DNA of 55,445 nucleotides. It comes from an uncultured Alphaproteobacteria bacterium (GTDB lineage Bacteria; Pseudomonadota; Alphaproteobacteria; JAJFIK01). Made by a program: the position numbers and the translations under genes. The DNA lies in assembly GCA_964531285.1 (NCBI GenBank), contig CAZHDI010000005.1, positions 1 through 55,445 of the forward strand, written 5' to 3'. Shown piece after piece: positions 10,719 to 19,473 of the stretch. Every line of letters starts with the position of its first letter. The first letter of the stretch is position 1. A model generated the notes under the pieces. It ran no database searches. It was not told the DNA's origin and saw only the letters and a program-made list of their open reading frames with translations.

Positions 10719-10989
10719 ACCCGGTCTCACCTTCATCGGCCCGGGCTGTGTCGAGTGCGGGCAAAAACCGGTGCCACGGCGTGGACGTGGCATTCAGCGC
10801 CTTGGCCAGACTTTCCGTGGACGGCCAGCGCGGTTTTCCATTCGCACCGATGCGCTTGCACGGATTGAACGTGGTCGGATCGAGCCCGGCCCGGCGGGCC
10901 AGCGCCGACGGACTGAGGCCGTGGCGCGCCGCCAGGGCATCGATGGCCGCCCAAACCGCTTCATGCGACACCGCTCCTTGCGACACCAT
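10645..10989 (-). CDS. helix-turn-helix (Cro/C1-type) repressor-like protein lacking the usual S24 peptidase domain
   Basis: ORF 114 aa with a strong RBS GGAAGGAGAG upstream of the ATG at 10989. 'AVWAAIDALAARHGLSPSALARRAGLDPTTFNPCKRIGANGKPRWPSTESLAKAL' matches the N-terminal HTH of alphaproteobacterial S24/LexA-like repressors as I recall them. The 3' end overlaps the convergent gene by 74 nt. Confidence 0.55.
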   Translation of the reverse strand: MVSQGAVSHEAVWAAIDALAARHGLSPSALARRAGLDPTTFNPCKRIGANGKPRWPSTESLAKALNATSTPWHRFLPALDTARADEGETGFTGSIRETRSCSAHGSLETGRYAP

Positions 10990-11164
10990 GTCCGTCTCTC
11001 CTTCCAGTGCTGACCCGCTGCTTGGGCAATACCCGCATTCCGTTTCCGGCGGTTTTTCGCTACACCCTCACGGGGACCATCGAGTCGCCTGAAGCTGCGT
11101 CTTTAGCGTGTGTTCCCGTAAAGCATCAACGAAAAGTATTCTAACTGCCTTGGAATTGGATGCA

Positions 11165-11542
11165 ATGGAAAAATTCAGCAACCAAGAGTTGGTTTTCAAG
11201 ATCCTGTCCCGGACGGAGTGGACCGCGGCGGAGGCCGTCGGGCGCTTCGAGGGCTCGGCGGTGGATCATGCGGATGGCTTCATCCATTTCTCGGGCGCCG
11301 ATCAGGTCGCCGAAACCGCAGCGCGGCATTTCGCAGGACAGGACGATCTCGTGTTGCTGAGCGTCGCGGCGGATGCGCTCGGCACGGCCCTGAAATGGGA
11401 GCCCTCGCGCGGCGGCGCGCTGTTCCCCCATCTTTATGGTCCTCTCGATCTGACGGCCGTGCGCCGGGTGGATCCGCTCCCTCTGGGGACGGACGGTGTG
11501 CATAGGCTCCCCAGCGATCTCATCCAAGGACGGACGCCATGA
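11165..11542 (+). CDS. DUF952 domain-containing protein
   Basis: In-frame ATG at 11165 of ORF 11108..11542. '[14 protein letters not shown]...[12 protein letters not shown]...[12 protein letters not shown]' are the signature segments of DUF952. ATGA overlap with pyrD. Confidence 0.75.
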   Translation: MEKFSNQELVFKILSRTEWTAAEAVGRFEGSAVDHADGFIHFSGADQVAETAARHFAGQDDLVLLSVAADALGTALKWEPSRGGALFPHLYGPLDLTAVRRVDPLPLGTDGVHRLPSDLIQGRTP

Positions 11543-12633
11543 TCATGACCCGGCTGTTTCCCCTGCTGCGCGCGGGCCTGTTCGCCTTCGATGCCGAGAC
11601 CGCCCATGGCCTCACCATCCGTATGCTGAAGGCCGGGTTAGGGCCGCGTGTCCGGCGCGCCGATCCGGCTCTGAGCCAGGATCTGTTCGGGTTGAGCTTT
11701 CCCAATCCGCTCGGGCTCGCGGCGGGCTTCGACAAGAATGCCGAGGTGCCCGATGCGATGCTCGGTCTGGGACTCGGGTTTACCGAATGCGGCACGGTCA
11801 CTCCGCGCCCTCAGGCCGGGAACCCGCGCCCGCGCATGTTCCGCCTCGAGAGCGACCGGGCGGTGATCAACCGGCTGGGGTTCAACAATGAAGGGCTGGA
11901 GGCGGCCGCTGCGCGCCTGGAGGCCCGCCGGGACCGGGCCGGCATTGTCGGCGCGAATATCGGCGCCAACAAGGATACCGCCGACAAAGCCGCCGATTAT
12001 GTAGCGTGCCTGGAACGGCTTTATCCTCTGGCGGATTATTTTACGGTCAATGTCTCCTCGCCCAACACGCCGGGTCTGCGCGATCTTCAGGCCCGCGATG
12101 CGCTCGATGATCTCATCGCGCGGTTGATCGAGGCCCGCGTGGGGCTGGCCGGATCGGCATCGCCCAAACCGCTGTTGCTTAAGGTCGCGCCCGATCTGGG
12201 TCCCGGTCAGGCCGAAGACATCGTATCGGTGGCCCTGGCACGGGGCGTCGATGGTCTGATCGTCAGCAACACGACGATTGCGCGCCCCGCCGGCTTGCAG
12301 AGCGAGGCGCGGGACGAGGCGGGCGGCCTGTCCGGCGTCCCGCTGTTCGAACCGTCGACCGACGTCCTGCGGACCTTCTACCGGCTGACCGGCGGGCATT
12401 TGCCGTTGGTCGGCGTCGGCGGCGTGTCATCCGCCGATCAGGCTTATGCCAAGATCCGGGCCGGCGCCTCCCTGGTGCAACTTTATACGGGTCTCGTCTA
12501 TGGCGGACCCGGATTGATCCCAGGCATTCTTGACGGTCTCGCGGCTCGTCTGGCAGCGGATGGTTTCGCGCGGATCGCCGAAGCCGTCGGGGCCGATCAC
12601 GAAGCATCGATGGAGCGCGCGAGAGCCGGATAA
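11539..12633 (+). CDS. pyrD: dihydroorotate dehydrogenase (quinone), class 2
   Basis: ORF 364 aa. Motifs 'NRLGFNNEG', 'GANIGANKD', '[15 protein letters not shown]', 'LIVSNTT', 'LVGVGGVSS'. Confidence 0.9.
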   Translation: MIMTRLFPLLRAGLFAFDAETAHGLTIRMLKAGLGPRVRRADPALSQDLFGLSFPNPLGLAAGFDKNAEVPDAMLGLGLGFTECGTVTPRPQAGNPRPRMFRLESDRAVINRLGFNNEGLEAAAARLEARRDRAGIVGANIGANKDTADKAADYVACLERLYPLADYFTVNVSSPNTPGLRDLQARDALDDLIARLIEARVGLAGSASPKPLLLKVAPDLGPGQAEDIVSVALARGVDGLIVSNTTIARPAGLQSEARDEAGGLSGVPLFEPSTDVLRTFYRLTGGHLPLVGVGGVSSADQAYAKIRAGASLVQLYTGLVYGGPGLIPGILDGLAARLAADGFARIAEAVGADHEASMERARAG

Positions 12634-13946
12634 CGCGCGGCCAAGGTGATCCCGCGCGCCGCGAACAGGGTCAGGAACGCGATCCACAGGCCGGTGTTGC
12701 CGAAATCCTGCATGGCCCACCACACCAGGGCGAAGGCCGCAAAGGATACGAGCATGGCATTGCGCATGTCGCGGCTGCGGGTGGCGCCGATAAAGATGCC
12801 GTCGAACTGAAAGCACCACACGCCCAAGATTGGATGCAGGGCGGCGAACGGCAGATAGGCCAGCGCGGCGGCGCGCACGGTCTCGATATCGGTCAGCCCT
12901 CGGATGACCAGTGGGCCAAGCGCGATGAATGCCAGACTCAGCGCCGCGGCATTCGCGACCGCCAGTTCGAACGACAGCCGGACGGTGCGGTTGAGCGTGG
13001 ACCGGTTCTTGGCCCCGACCGCCCGCCCCACAAGACCTTCCGCCGCAATGGCCCAACCGTCGAGGAAGAACGCGCTGAAGGCCAGAAACTGCATCAGGAC
13101 ATGATTGCCGGCCAGGGTGACCGGGCCGAGCCGCGAGCCGATCGCGGTGAACCAGGCAAAGGCGCTGATCAACAGGGCGGTGCGGATGAAAATATCCCGG
13201 TTGACGGCGAGGGTCTGGAGCAGCGCCGCCGGGTCCACGATCCGGGTCCAGGTCAGCCGGGCGTGGGCCCGCCCCTCGAAATGACCGGCCATCCGCCGGC
13301 GGAACAGCCAGATCGCAAGCCCCAGGGTCAGCCATTCGGCGATCAAGGTCCCGAGCGCCACCCCGGCCACATCGAGTTTCAGGCCCAGGACGAACACCAT
13401 ATTCAGAATGATGTTGGTGATGTTCAGGAACAATTGCAGCACCAGGACCGGACGGCTGTCCTGGGCGCCGATGAACCAGCCCAGCAGGGCGAAAGTGGCG
13501 ACGACCGCAGGGGTGCCCCAGATGCGGATGTCGAAATAGGTCCGGGCCATCTGTGCCACCTCGCCCTCGGCGGCGAAGAGCAGCAGCGCCCCGGCGAGGA
13601 TCGCCCCTTGCGCGGCCAGGGCCAGAACGCTGACCGCGGCGGCCAGAAGCAGGGCGCGCGCGAGGATCGCCTTGAGCTCCGTGCCGTCATCCGCGCCGTA
13701 AGCCTGGGCGACCATGCCGGTCGTGCCCATGCGCAGGAAGCCCAGTCCCCAGAACAGCATGTTGAAGAGTTGCGCGCCGATGGCGATGGCGGCGAGGGAC
13801 GCGGTGGTGCCGACATTGCCGATCACGGCGGTGTCCGCGAGCCCCAGCAGCGGGATCGAGATATTGGCGACCATGATCGGCCAGGCCAGGTGCCACACCG
13901 AGCGCCGGGTCACGGTCTCCCGGCTCACCGGCGGGGCCCCGGTCAT
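12597..13946 (-). CDS. MATE family efflux transporter
   Basis: ORF 449 aa with about 12 predicted TM helices. N-terminal '[26 protein letters not shown]' is typical of MATE (DinF/NorM-like). The 3' end overlaps the pyrD 3' end by 37 nt. Confidence 0.8.
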   Translation of the reverse strand: MTGAPPVSRETVTRRSVWHLAWPIMVANISIPLLGLADTAVIGNVGTTASLAAIAIGAQLFNMLFWGLGFLRMGTTGMVAQAYGADDGTELKAILARALLLAAAVSVLALAAQGAILAGALLLFAAEGEVAQMARTYFDIRIWGTPAVVATFALLGWFIGAQDSRPVLVLQLFLNITNIILNMVFVLGLKLDVAGVALGTLIAEWLTLGLAIWLFRRRMAGHFEGRAHARLTWTRIVDPAALLQTLAVNRDIFIRTALLISAFAWFTAIGSRLGPVTLAGNHVLMQFLAFSAFFLDGWAIAAEGLVGRAVGAKNRSTLNRTVRLSFELAVANAAALSLAFIALGPLVIRGLTDIETVRAAALAYLPFAALHPILGVWCFQFDGIFIGATRSRDMRNAMLVSFAAFALVWWAMQDFGNTGLWIAFLTLFAARGITLAARYPALARSIDAS

Positions 13947-14413
13947 GCCTCGCCATTGCGCGGCGTCAGGAGAAAATGGCCATGCAAGGCGGCGATAGGC
14001 CGGTCGGGATCGTCCTGCCAGGCCTGGGCGCGGACATTGGCCACCCGCCGCCCGAGCTTGGTGACGAGCGCGCGGGCATAGGTTTCGACCGGTTTGCCCG
14101 AGCGCAGATAATCGACCGAGATATTGACCGGCTTGGGCAGGGTCTCGGTCTCGATGGCCGCCAGCAGTTGGACGATGGCCGCCGTTTCCAGAAATGCGCC
14201 GATCACCCCGCCATGCAGCGCGGGGAGTATGGGATTGCCGATCAGCATATCCTGGAACGGCAGCACCGCGGTCAATTCGCCTCCGTGCTTGTCGATCCGC
14301 ACACCGATGAAGTCGGCATAGGGAATGCTGCGGATCACCCGGCCCAGCGCCTCACGGGTCGCCTCGGGGCCGAGGCCGGTCAGATCCAGGGTTGTGGCGG
14401 CGGTATCGGACAT
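13943..14413 (-). CDS. PaaI family (hotdog-fold) thioesterase
   Basis: Frame of ORF 13943..14425. ATG at 14413 (MSDTAATT...), with an alternative GTG at 14425. 'NPILPALHGGVIGAFLETAA' is the PaaI/4HBT class motif. Confidence 0.75.
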   Translation of the reverse strand: MSDTAATTLDLTGLGPEATREALGRVIRSIPYADFIGVRIDKHGGELTAVLPFQDMLIGNPILPALHGGVIGAFLETAAIVQLLAAIETETLPKPVNISVDYLRSGKPVETYARALVTKLGRRVANVRAQAWQDDPDRPIAALHGHFLLTPRNGEA

Positions 14414-14421
14414 GGGCTGTC

Positions 14422-14898
14422 TCACCCCAACATGAAGGCGCCGGTCGATGTGGCGATGGGATCGTCCCCATCGAGATTGTAAGCGGTGCCGTGCACAAAG
14501 GCGATGGTCCGCGTCCGTTTGATGCAGTGGGCATGGGCATAGATCGGCTGCTCCGGCGTGGCCGGGCGCATGTAATCGATCCGCAGATCCAGGGTCGCGG
14601 TGTTCGTCAGGCGGTCCATCGCGGCGAAAACGGCCATGCCCGAGACATTGTCCAGGATCGTGGTGATCACACCGCCATGGATCACGCCGGTTTGCGGGTT
14701 GCCGACCAGGCGCGCATCGAACGGCACTCGCACGACCGCATTGGACGCCCAGATGGCTTCCATGGTCATGCCGATCGCCTGCACATGGGGAATGGCGCCC
14801 ATCATCGCATCGCGCAGGGCGGCATAGTCCTCGGCAAGCGGCGCGGGCGGACGCGGCGCATCGCGCACGCCGGCGGGGAGGGGCGGATCCTGGCTCAT
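14422..14898 (-). CDS. PaaI family (hotdog-fold) thioesterase
   Basis: In-frame ATG at 14898 (MSQDPPLPAG...) of ORF 14422..15126. 'NPQTGVIHGGVITTILDNVSG'. Tandem paralogue of the downstream gene. Confidence 0.75.
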   Translation of the reverse strand: MSQDPPLPAGVRDAPRPPAPLAEDYAALRDAMMGAIPHVQAIGMTMEAIWASNAVVRVPFDARLVGNPQTGVIHGGVITTILDNVSGMAVFAAMDRLTNTATLDLRIDYMRPATPEQPIYAHAHCIKRTRTIAFVHGTAYNLDGDDPIATSTGAFMLG

Positions 14899-15098
14899 GG
14901 ACCCGTTATGCCCCAGCCCGGTGCGGTGCGCCAAGCCTTTCCAGGCTGCCCCAACGTCGCCGGGGTGGCCACCGGTGCGCGCCGCCGGGACGGGCGGGCG
15001 GCGCTTGACGGATGGCCGGTGCCCCTTACGCTGGACTGTCGATGACAAACAGGCGGCAGCCCAGGCAGGCCGCCGCCAAGCGAAGGAGCGTTGGAGCC

Positions 15099-16505
15099 AT
15101 GGCCCGCAAGCAGACCACTGCGCCATTGCCGCATCTGTGCATCATCGGGGCCGGGTGCAGCGGGTTCACGACCGCCAAGGCGCTCAAAGACCGCGGTCTG
15201 ACCTTCGACATGTTCGAGATGAGCGATCAGATCGGCGGCAATTGGGTCTACAAGAATAAGAACGGCGTATCGGCCTGCTATCAGTCGCTCCATATCGACA
15301 CCTCGAAATACCGCCTGGCCTTCGAGGATTATCCCATCCCGGAGGATTTCCCGGACTTTCCGCATCACAGCCAGCTTCTGGCCTATATGAACGATTATGT
15401 GGACCACTTCGGTCTGCGCGAGGCGATCTCCTTCAACACGACGGTTGAGCACTGTACGCGCCGCGACGACGGACGTTGGACCGTCCGTATTCGAACGGAA
15501 GGCCAACCGCCCCGGGAGCGGGTCTATGACGGCGTGTTCGTGTGCAACGGCCATCACTGGTCCGCGCGTTGGCCGGAGCCGGCCTTTCCGGGGGCGGACC
15601 GGTTCGAGGGCGTGCAAATGCACAGCCATGACTATCTGACGCCGTTCGAGCCCGTGGACATGCGCGACAAGGCCATTGTCGTGGTCGGCATGGGCAATTC
15701 GGCCATGGACATCGCCTCGGAATTGAGCCAGAAGCCGCTCGGCAAGGTCCTTTATCTGTCCGCGCGGCGGGGCGTTTACATCTTTCCCAAATACATCAAC
15801 GGCGTGCCGGCGGATAAGAACCCGGCCCCCGCTTGGATGCCGGCCAGTTGGCGGCGCAAGCTCGCCGCGCGGATCCTGGAGAAGACGGTCGGCAGGATGG
15901 AGGATTTCGGCCTGCCCAAGCCGGATCACGCACCGCTCGAAGCGCATCCGTCCGTGTCCGGCGAGATCCTCACCCGGCTCGGCTGCGGCGACATTATCCC
16001 CAAGCCCAATATCGCGGAAATCGGTGCGCGGACGGTCCGTTTCGAGGACGGGTCGGAAGTCGAGGCCGATGTGATCATCTACGCCACCGGCTATAACATC
16101 CGCTTTCCCTTCCTGGACGAGTCCCTCGTCGGTCTGGAGAACAATCACATCAAGCTGTTCAAGCGCGTGTTCCGTCCCGACATGCCGAATCTTTTCTTCA
16201 TGGGGCTGGCCCAGCCGCTGCCGACCCTGGTGAATTTCGCCGAGCAGCAGGCGCGCTGGCTCGCGGCCTATCTGGTGGGCGAGTATCACCTGCCGGACGA
16301 AGACGCGATGTGGCGGGCCATCGAAGAGGACGAGGAACGCTTCCTCGGCCATTTCTATCGATCGGCCCGGCACACCATGCAGGTCGATTTCGACGATTAT
16401 GTCCGTGACCTGAGAAAAGAATGGCGCCAGGGCACGCGCCGGGCCCGCAGGGCTGGGCATGCCTTGCCCGTGCCGGGCCGTGCCGATACGGAAACGGCGG
16501 CCTGA
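15099..16505 (+). CDS. flavin-containing monooxygenase (NAD(P)/FAD-dependent)
   Basis: ATG at 15099 preceded by AAGGAG. FAD motif 'IIGAGCSG'. FMO-identifying motif 'FEGVQMHSHDY'. NADPH motif 'VVGMGNSAMD'. 'ATGY' near the C-terminus. Confidence 0.8.
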   Translation: MARKQTTAPLPHLCIIGAGCSGFTTAKALKDRGLTFDMFEMSDQIGGNWVYKNKNGVSACYQSLHIDTSKYRLAFEDYPIPEDFPDFPHHSQLLAYMNDYVDHFGLREAISFNTTVEHCTRRDDGRWTVRIRTEGQPPRERVYDGVFVCNGHHWSARWPEPAFPGADRFEGVQMHSHDYLTPFEPVDMRDKAIVVVGMGNSAMDIASELSQKPLGKVLYLSARRGVYIFPKYINGVPADKNPAPAWMPASWRRKLAARILEKTVGRMEDFGLPKPDHAPLEAHPSVSGEILTRLGCGDIIPKPNIAEIGARTVRFEDGSEVEADVIIYATGYNIRFPFLDESLVGLENNHIKLFKRVFRPDMPNLFFMGLAQPLPTLVNFAEQQARWLAAYLVGEYHLPDEDAMWRAIEEDEERFLGHFYRSARHTMQVDFDDYVRDLRKEWRQGTRRARRAGHALPVPGRADTETAA

Positions 16506-16619
16506 ATGCGGGTGCGCCCCGAGGGCGGCGAATGATCCATTCTCTTGGGCGCGGCCATGGAGTAGACTTATGAGACCGGGGTGCTGTCTGCCCCGGCGCG
16601 TAACCAGCGGCCCTGTTTG

Positions 16620-17270
16620 ATGTCTTCCCCGACCGATACGCTTTCCACCGCCGATCCCGCTGCCCCCCAGGGCAAGCGCGAAGCCACAAAAGCCAGCAAC
16701 CGTCAAGCCATCCTGGATGCGGCCCGCGCCGTGTTCGGCGAACTGGGCTATGGCGCGACGACCGTGCGCGACATCATCCGCCGCACCGGGCTCGCATCGG
16801 GCACGTTCTACAATTATTTCAAGTCGAAGGAGGAGGTGTTCGAGGCCCTGATGGACCAGAACGCCCTTCAGGTCCGCCCCCGATTGAGCGAAACCCGTGC
16901 TGCGGCGCAAAGCTTCGAGGATTTCGCGCGCGGGATGTTCGCGACCTTTTTCGGCTTCTGCCGGGACGATCAGAGCGCCTATGCCATGATGCGGCGCAAT
17001 GCGGGGCATTTGCGGGTGCGGGTCGATACGCCGGAGGTGGTGGCCGGGTTCGAGGAACTGCAGGCGGATCTTGAGCGCGCGATCGAGGCGGGGCTTCTGC
17101 CCCGGGTCGATGCGGGCTATCTGACAGCGGCCTTTGTCGGTGTGGCGTTCGAGATCGGCGACCGTTTGGTGTTGCGCGAAAAGATCGACGTGACCGAGGC
17201 AACCGAATTTGCCACGGCTCTCTTCATGGGCGGCATCAAGGCGCTGCCGGTGAGCGAGCCCGAGGGCTGA
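16620..17270 (+). CDS. TetR/AcrR family transcriptional regulator
   Basis: In-frame ATG at 16620. HTH 'YGATTVRDIIRRTGLASGTFYNYFKSKEEVF'. Confidence 0.8.
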   Translation: MSSPTDTLSTADPAAPQGKREATKASNRQAILDAARAVFGELGYGATTVRDIIRRTGLASGTFYNYFKSKEEVFEALMDQNALQVRPRLSETRAAAQSFEDFARGMFATFFGFCRDDQSAYAMMRRNAGHLRVRVDTPEVVAGFEELQADLERAIEAGLLPRVDAGYLTAAFVGVAFEIGDRLVLREKIDVTEATEFATALFMGGIKALPVSEPEG

Positions 17271-17308
17271 CGATCCGGCCGTCTCACAGCGAAGCCACTG
17301 GAGATCCC

Positions 17309-18316
17309 ATGCGCGCCTTGGCCGTCATTGTTGAGACCCTCTCGGAGGATTTCTCCGGCGTCGTTATCCGTGAGACCGACGTGCCCGATCCGGGGCCCGG
17401 CGAGGTGACCATCGCCATGCGCGCCGCGTCGGTGAATTTCCCCGATGTGCTGATGACCCGGGGCGCCTATCAACTCAAACCCGATCTGCCATTTGCGCTG
17501 GGGATGGAAGGCGCGGGCGTGATTGCCAAGGCCGGCGCGGAGGTCACCGGGCTGCGCGAAGGCGATCCCGTGCTGGCCGGTACGCGCATCGGTGCCATGG
17601 CGACCTATGCGACCGTGCCGGCGGCCGCGGTGCGCGCCAAGCCGGACCGGCTGAGCTTTGCTCAGGCGGCGGCCTATCCGGCGGCCTATCTGACCGCTTA
17701 TGTGGGGCTGGTCCGCCGGGGCCATCTGGAAGCCGGTGAGACCGCGCTCATTCATGGCGCATCGGGCGGCGTCGGTCTGGCCGCGGTCGATCTTGCAAAA
17801 CTCCTGGGCGCCCATGTCATCGCAACCGGTGGCAATCCGGACAAACTCCGTGTGGTGAAGGACTACGGTGCGGACCATGTCTTGTGTTATCAAGATGCGG
17901 ACGGTGCGTTCACGGGGTTTCGCGAAGAGGTCAAGGCACTGACCGGCGGGCGCGGCGCCGACGTGATCTATGATCCGGTCGGCGGCGATGTGTTCGATGA
18001 CTCCGTGCGCTGTATCGCCTGGGGCGGACGGCTCCTCGTGATCGGCTTCGCGGGCGGACGTATTCCGACGGTCAAGGCCAATATGCCGCTCATCAAGGGA
18101 TTTTCCGTGGTCGGCGTGCGGGCTGGCGAGTATGGCCGCCGCGATCCGGTCAAGGGCGCCGAGAATATCCGGCGGATCGATGCCTGGGCCGCCGAGGGCA
18201 AGATCAATCCCTATATCTGTGCGGAAATTCCCATCGGACGTGCCATCGATGCGCTCGCCATGCTGGTCGAGCGCAGGGCAATCGGCAAGGTCGTCGTGAC
18301 GATGGATGTGGCCTGA
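17309..18316 (+). CDS. NADPH:quinone oxidoreductase family (MDR, zeta-crystallin-like)
   Basis: ORF 335 aa. 'VTIAMRAASVNFPD' and cofactor motif 'IHGASGGVGLAAVDLAK'. Confidence 0.8.
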   Translation: MRALAVIVETLSEDFSGVVIRETDVPDPGPGEVTIAMRAASVNFPDVLMTRGAYQLKPDLPFALGMEGAGVIAKAGAEVTGLREGDPVLAGTRIGAMATYATVPAAAVRAKPDRLSFAQAAAYPAAYLTAYVGLVRRGHLEAGETALIHGASGGVGLAAVDLAKLLGAHVIATGGNPDKLRVVKDYGADHVLCYQDADGAFTGFREEVKALTGGRGADVIYDPVGGDVFDDSVRCIAWGGRLLVIGFAGGRIPTVKANMPLIKGFSVVGVRAGEYGRRDPVKGAENIRRIDAWAAEGKINPYICAEIPIGRAIDALAMLVERRAIGKVVVTMDVA

Positions 18317-18333
18317 CAGACAGTTGAAAAACC

Positions 18334-18493
18334 CGTCATTCCGGTCCGATCTTGAGGTATCGATTTAAAATAATCCGCATGCGTCATTCCTGCGAACGCG
18401 GGAATCCAGGGCTGCAAGGCGGTGCGCCGGACAGAATCGTCGAAATCGTCGCCCATGGATGCCGGAACTGCGCTGCGCTTGTCCGGCATGACG
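18334..18493. repeat. MITE/REP-like multi-hairpin intergenic element, copy A
   Basis: Imperfect terminal inverted repeats CGTCATTCCGGTC (18334-18346) and GTCCGGCATGACG (18481-18493). Internal palindrome GTCATTCCTGCGAACGCGGGAATCC (18383-18407). Hairpin ATGCCGGA/TCCGGCAT (18459-18466/18482-18489). Lies between convergent genes. Related to the element at 52384-52547. Confidence 0.6.
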
Positions 18494-18527
18494 ATTCTGG
18501 CGGAGGTCCACGTTTTCGGCACCCAGC

Positions 18528-19010
18528 CTAGAGCCGGCACTCCATATAGACCACATGGTCGAGCGGGTTGTCGTAATACGCGCCGCATTCGGTAAATCCC
18601 AGACTGCGGTAAAGCGCGATGGCCGGCTGAAGGCGCTCCAGCGTATCCAGGCGCATCAGGCGATAGCCGCGCGCCCGGGCCTCATCCAGAAGCCGTATGC
18701 TGAGCAAGCGGCCGAGCCCGTGCCTTTGAAAGGCGTTCGGGACATAAAGACGCTTCATTTCACACGCAACGGAGTCGATCGGGCGCAGCCCCACCGCGCC
18801 GGCTGCCGCGTCGCCGATCCGCCCCAGGAGCAGCACGTCATAGCCGTGCGGAAAGCGCGCCATCTCCTCGTCGAAGCCCTGAAAGCACAGATCCACACCG
18901 AGCCAGGCCTGATAGGCCAGAAACAGGTCCTTGACAGCGGCGATATCGGCGCCGGTCACGGCCGGCGCAACGGATGGCGGGGCGGCGGATCCGGCCTTGG
19001 TGGTGCGCAT
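18528..19010 (-). CDS. GNAT family N-acetyltransferase
   Basis: ORF 160 aa. 'EMKRLYVPNAFQRHGLGRLLSIRLLDEARARGYRLMRLDT...AIALYRSLGF' forms the acetyl-CoA binding core. Confidence 0.8.
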   Translation of the reverse strand: MRTTKAGSAAPPSVAPAVTGADIAAVKDLFLAYQAWLGVDLCFQGFDEEMARFPHGYDVLLLGRIGDAAAGAVGLRPIDSVACEMKRLYVPNAFQRHGLGRLLSIRLLDEARARGYRLMRLDTLERLQPAIALYRSLGFTECGAYYDNPLDHVVYMECRL

Positions 19011-19166
19011 ACGAACAAATCCTTAACGGCGCGTCGGCGCACGCGCCGGTCCACGGATGGGGCGGGCGATTCACGCAATGTTATGGCGCGGTGCTTAGGC
19101 TAGCGATCCGGTAGCGATTGGGCAATCCGGCCGGTCCTGATCGGGCAACACATCGGACCGGCCTTT

Positions 19167-19463
19167 ATGGAGAGAAGGAATCAGCGGATGCAGCAATTTA
19201 GCCTGACCGATGCGCGTATGGCGCGCTGGATGACCATCACGGGATGGGTCGTGATCGCCAGTGCCGTGGGCCTGTTCTTTATCGGATCGAATTGGGGCGC
19301 GGCGGGAATGCTCGGCTTCGGCGGCGGCGCGCTGGCGATTGCCGGTCTGCGGGCGCAGGGCCGCATTTCCTTCTTCGACGATGCCGACGCACCGGCGGAT
19401 GCGACCGAGACGGTCCGTCCGGTCGCCGGTCCCGAGGCGGGTCTTGAGCAAACCTCGCGCTGA
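19167..19463 (+). CDS. small two-TM membrane protein (hypothetical), paralogous to N-terminus of downstream receiver protein
   Basis: ORF 98 aa. An alternative start at 19188 follows AGAAGGAA. Two hydrophobic helices 'WMTITGWVVIASAVGLFFIG' and 'AAGMLGFGGGALAIAGL', then an acidic/Pro tail. Confidence 0.4.
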   Translation: MERRNQRMQQFSLTDARMARWMTITGWVVIASAVGLFFIGSNWGAAGMLGFGGGALAIAGLRAQGRISFFDDADAPADATETVRPVAGPEAGLEQTSR

Positions 19464-19473
19464 CGCCGCCGCC

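Noticed and set aside
4473-10793. Very long ORFs 4473..7250(+) of 925 aa and 7941..10793(-) of 950 aa
   Set aside because: They are antisense to the helicase and to lysK/TPR genes, which have clear family motifs. Their composition is dominated by R, G, A and P with no recognisable motifs. The same applies to 14895..17009(-), 20357..21820(-), 23721..25097(+), 30256..32268(-), 35378..37042(-), 41069..44056(+), 46376..47821(+) and 50313..51632(-).
10645-10989. Phage-type repressor as a marker of a prophage
   Set aside because: No integrase, terminase, capsid, tail or lysis genes nearby. The flanks are lysK and DUF952-pyrD, and there is no compositional shift.
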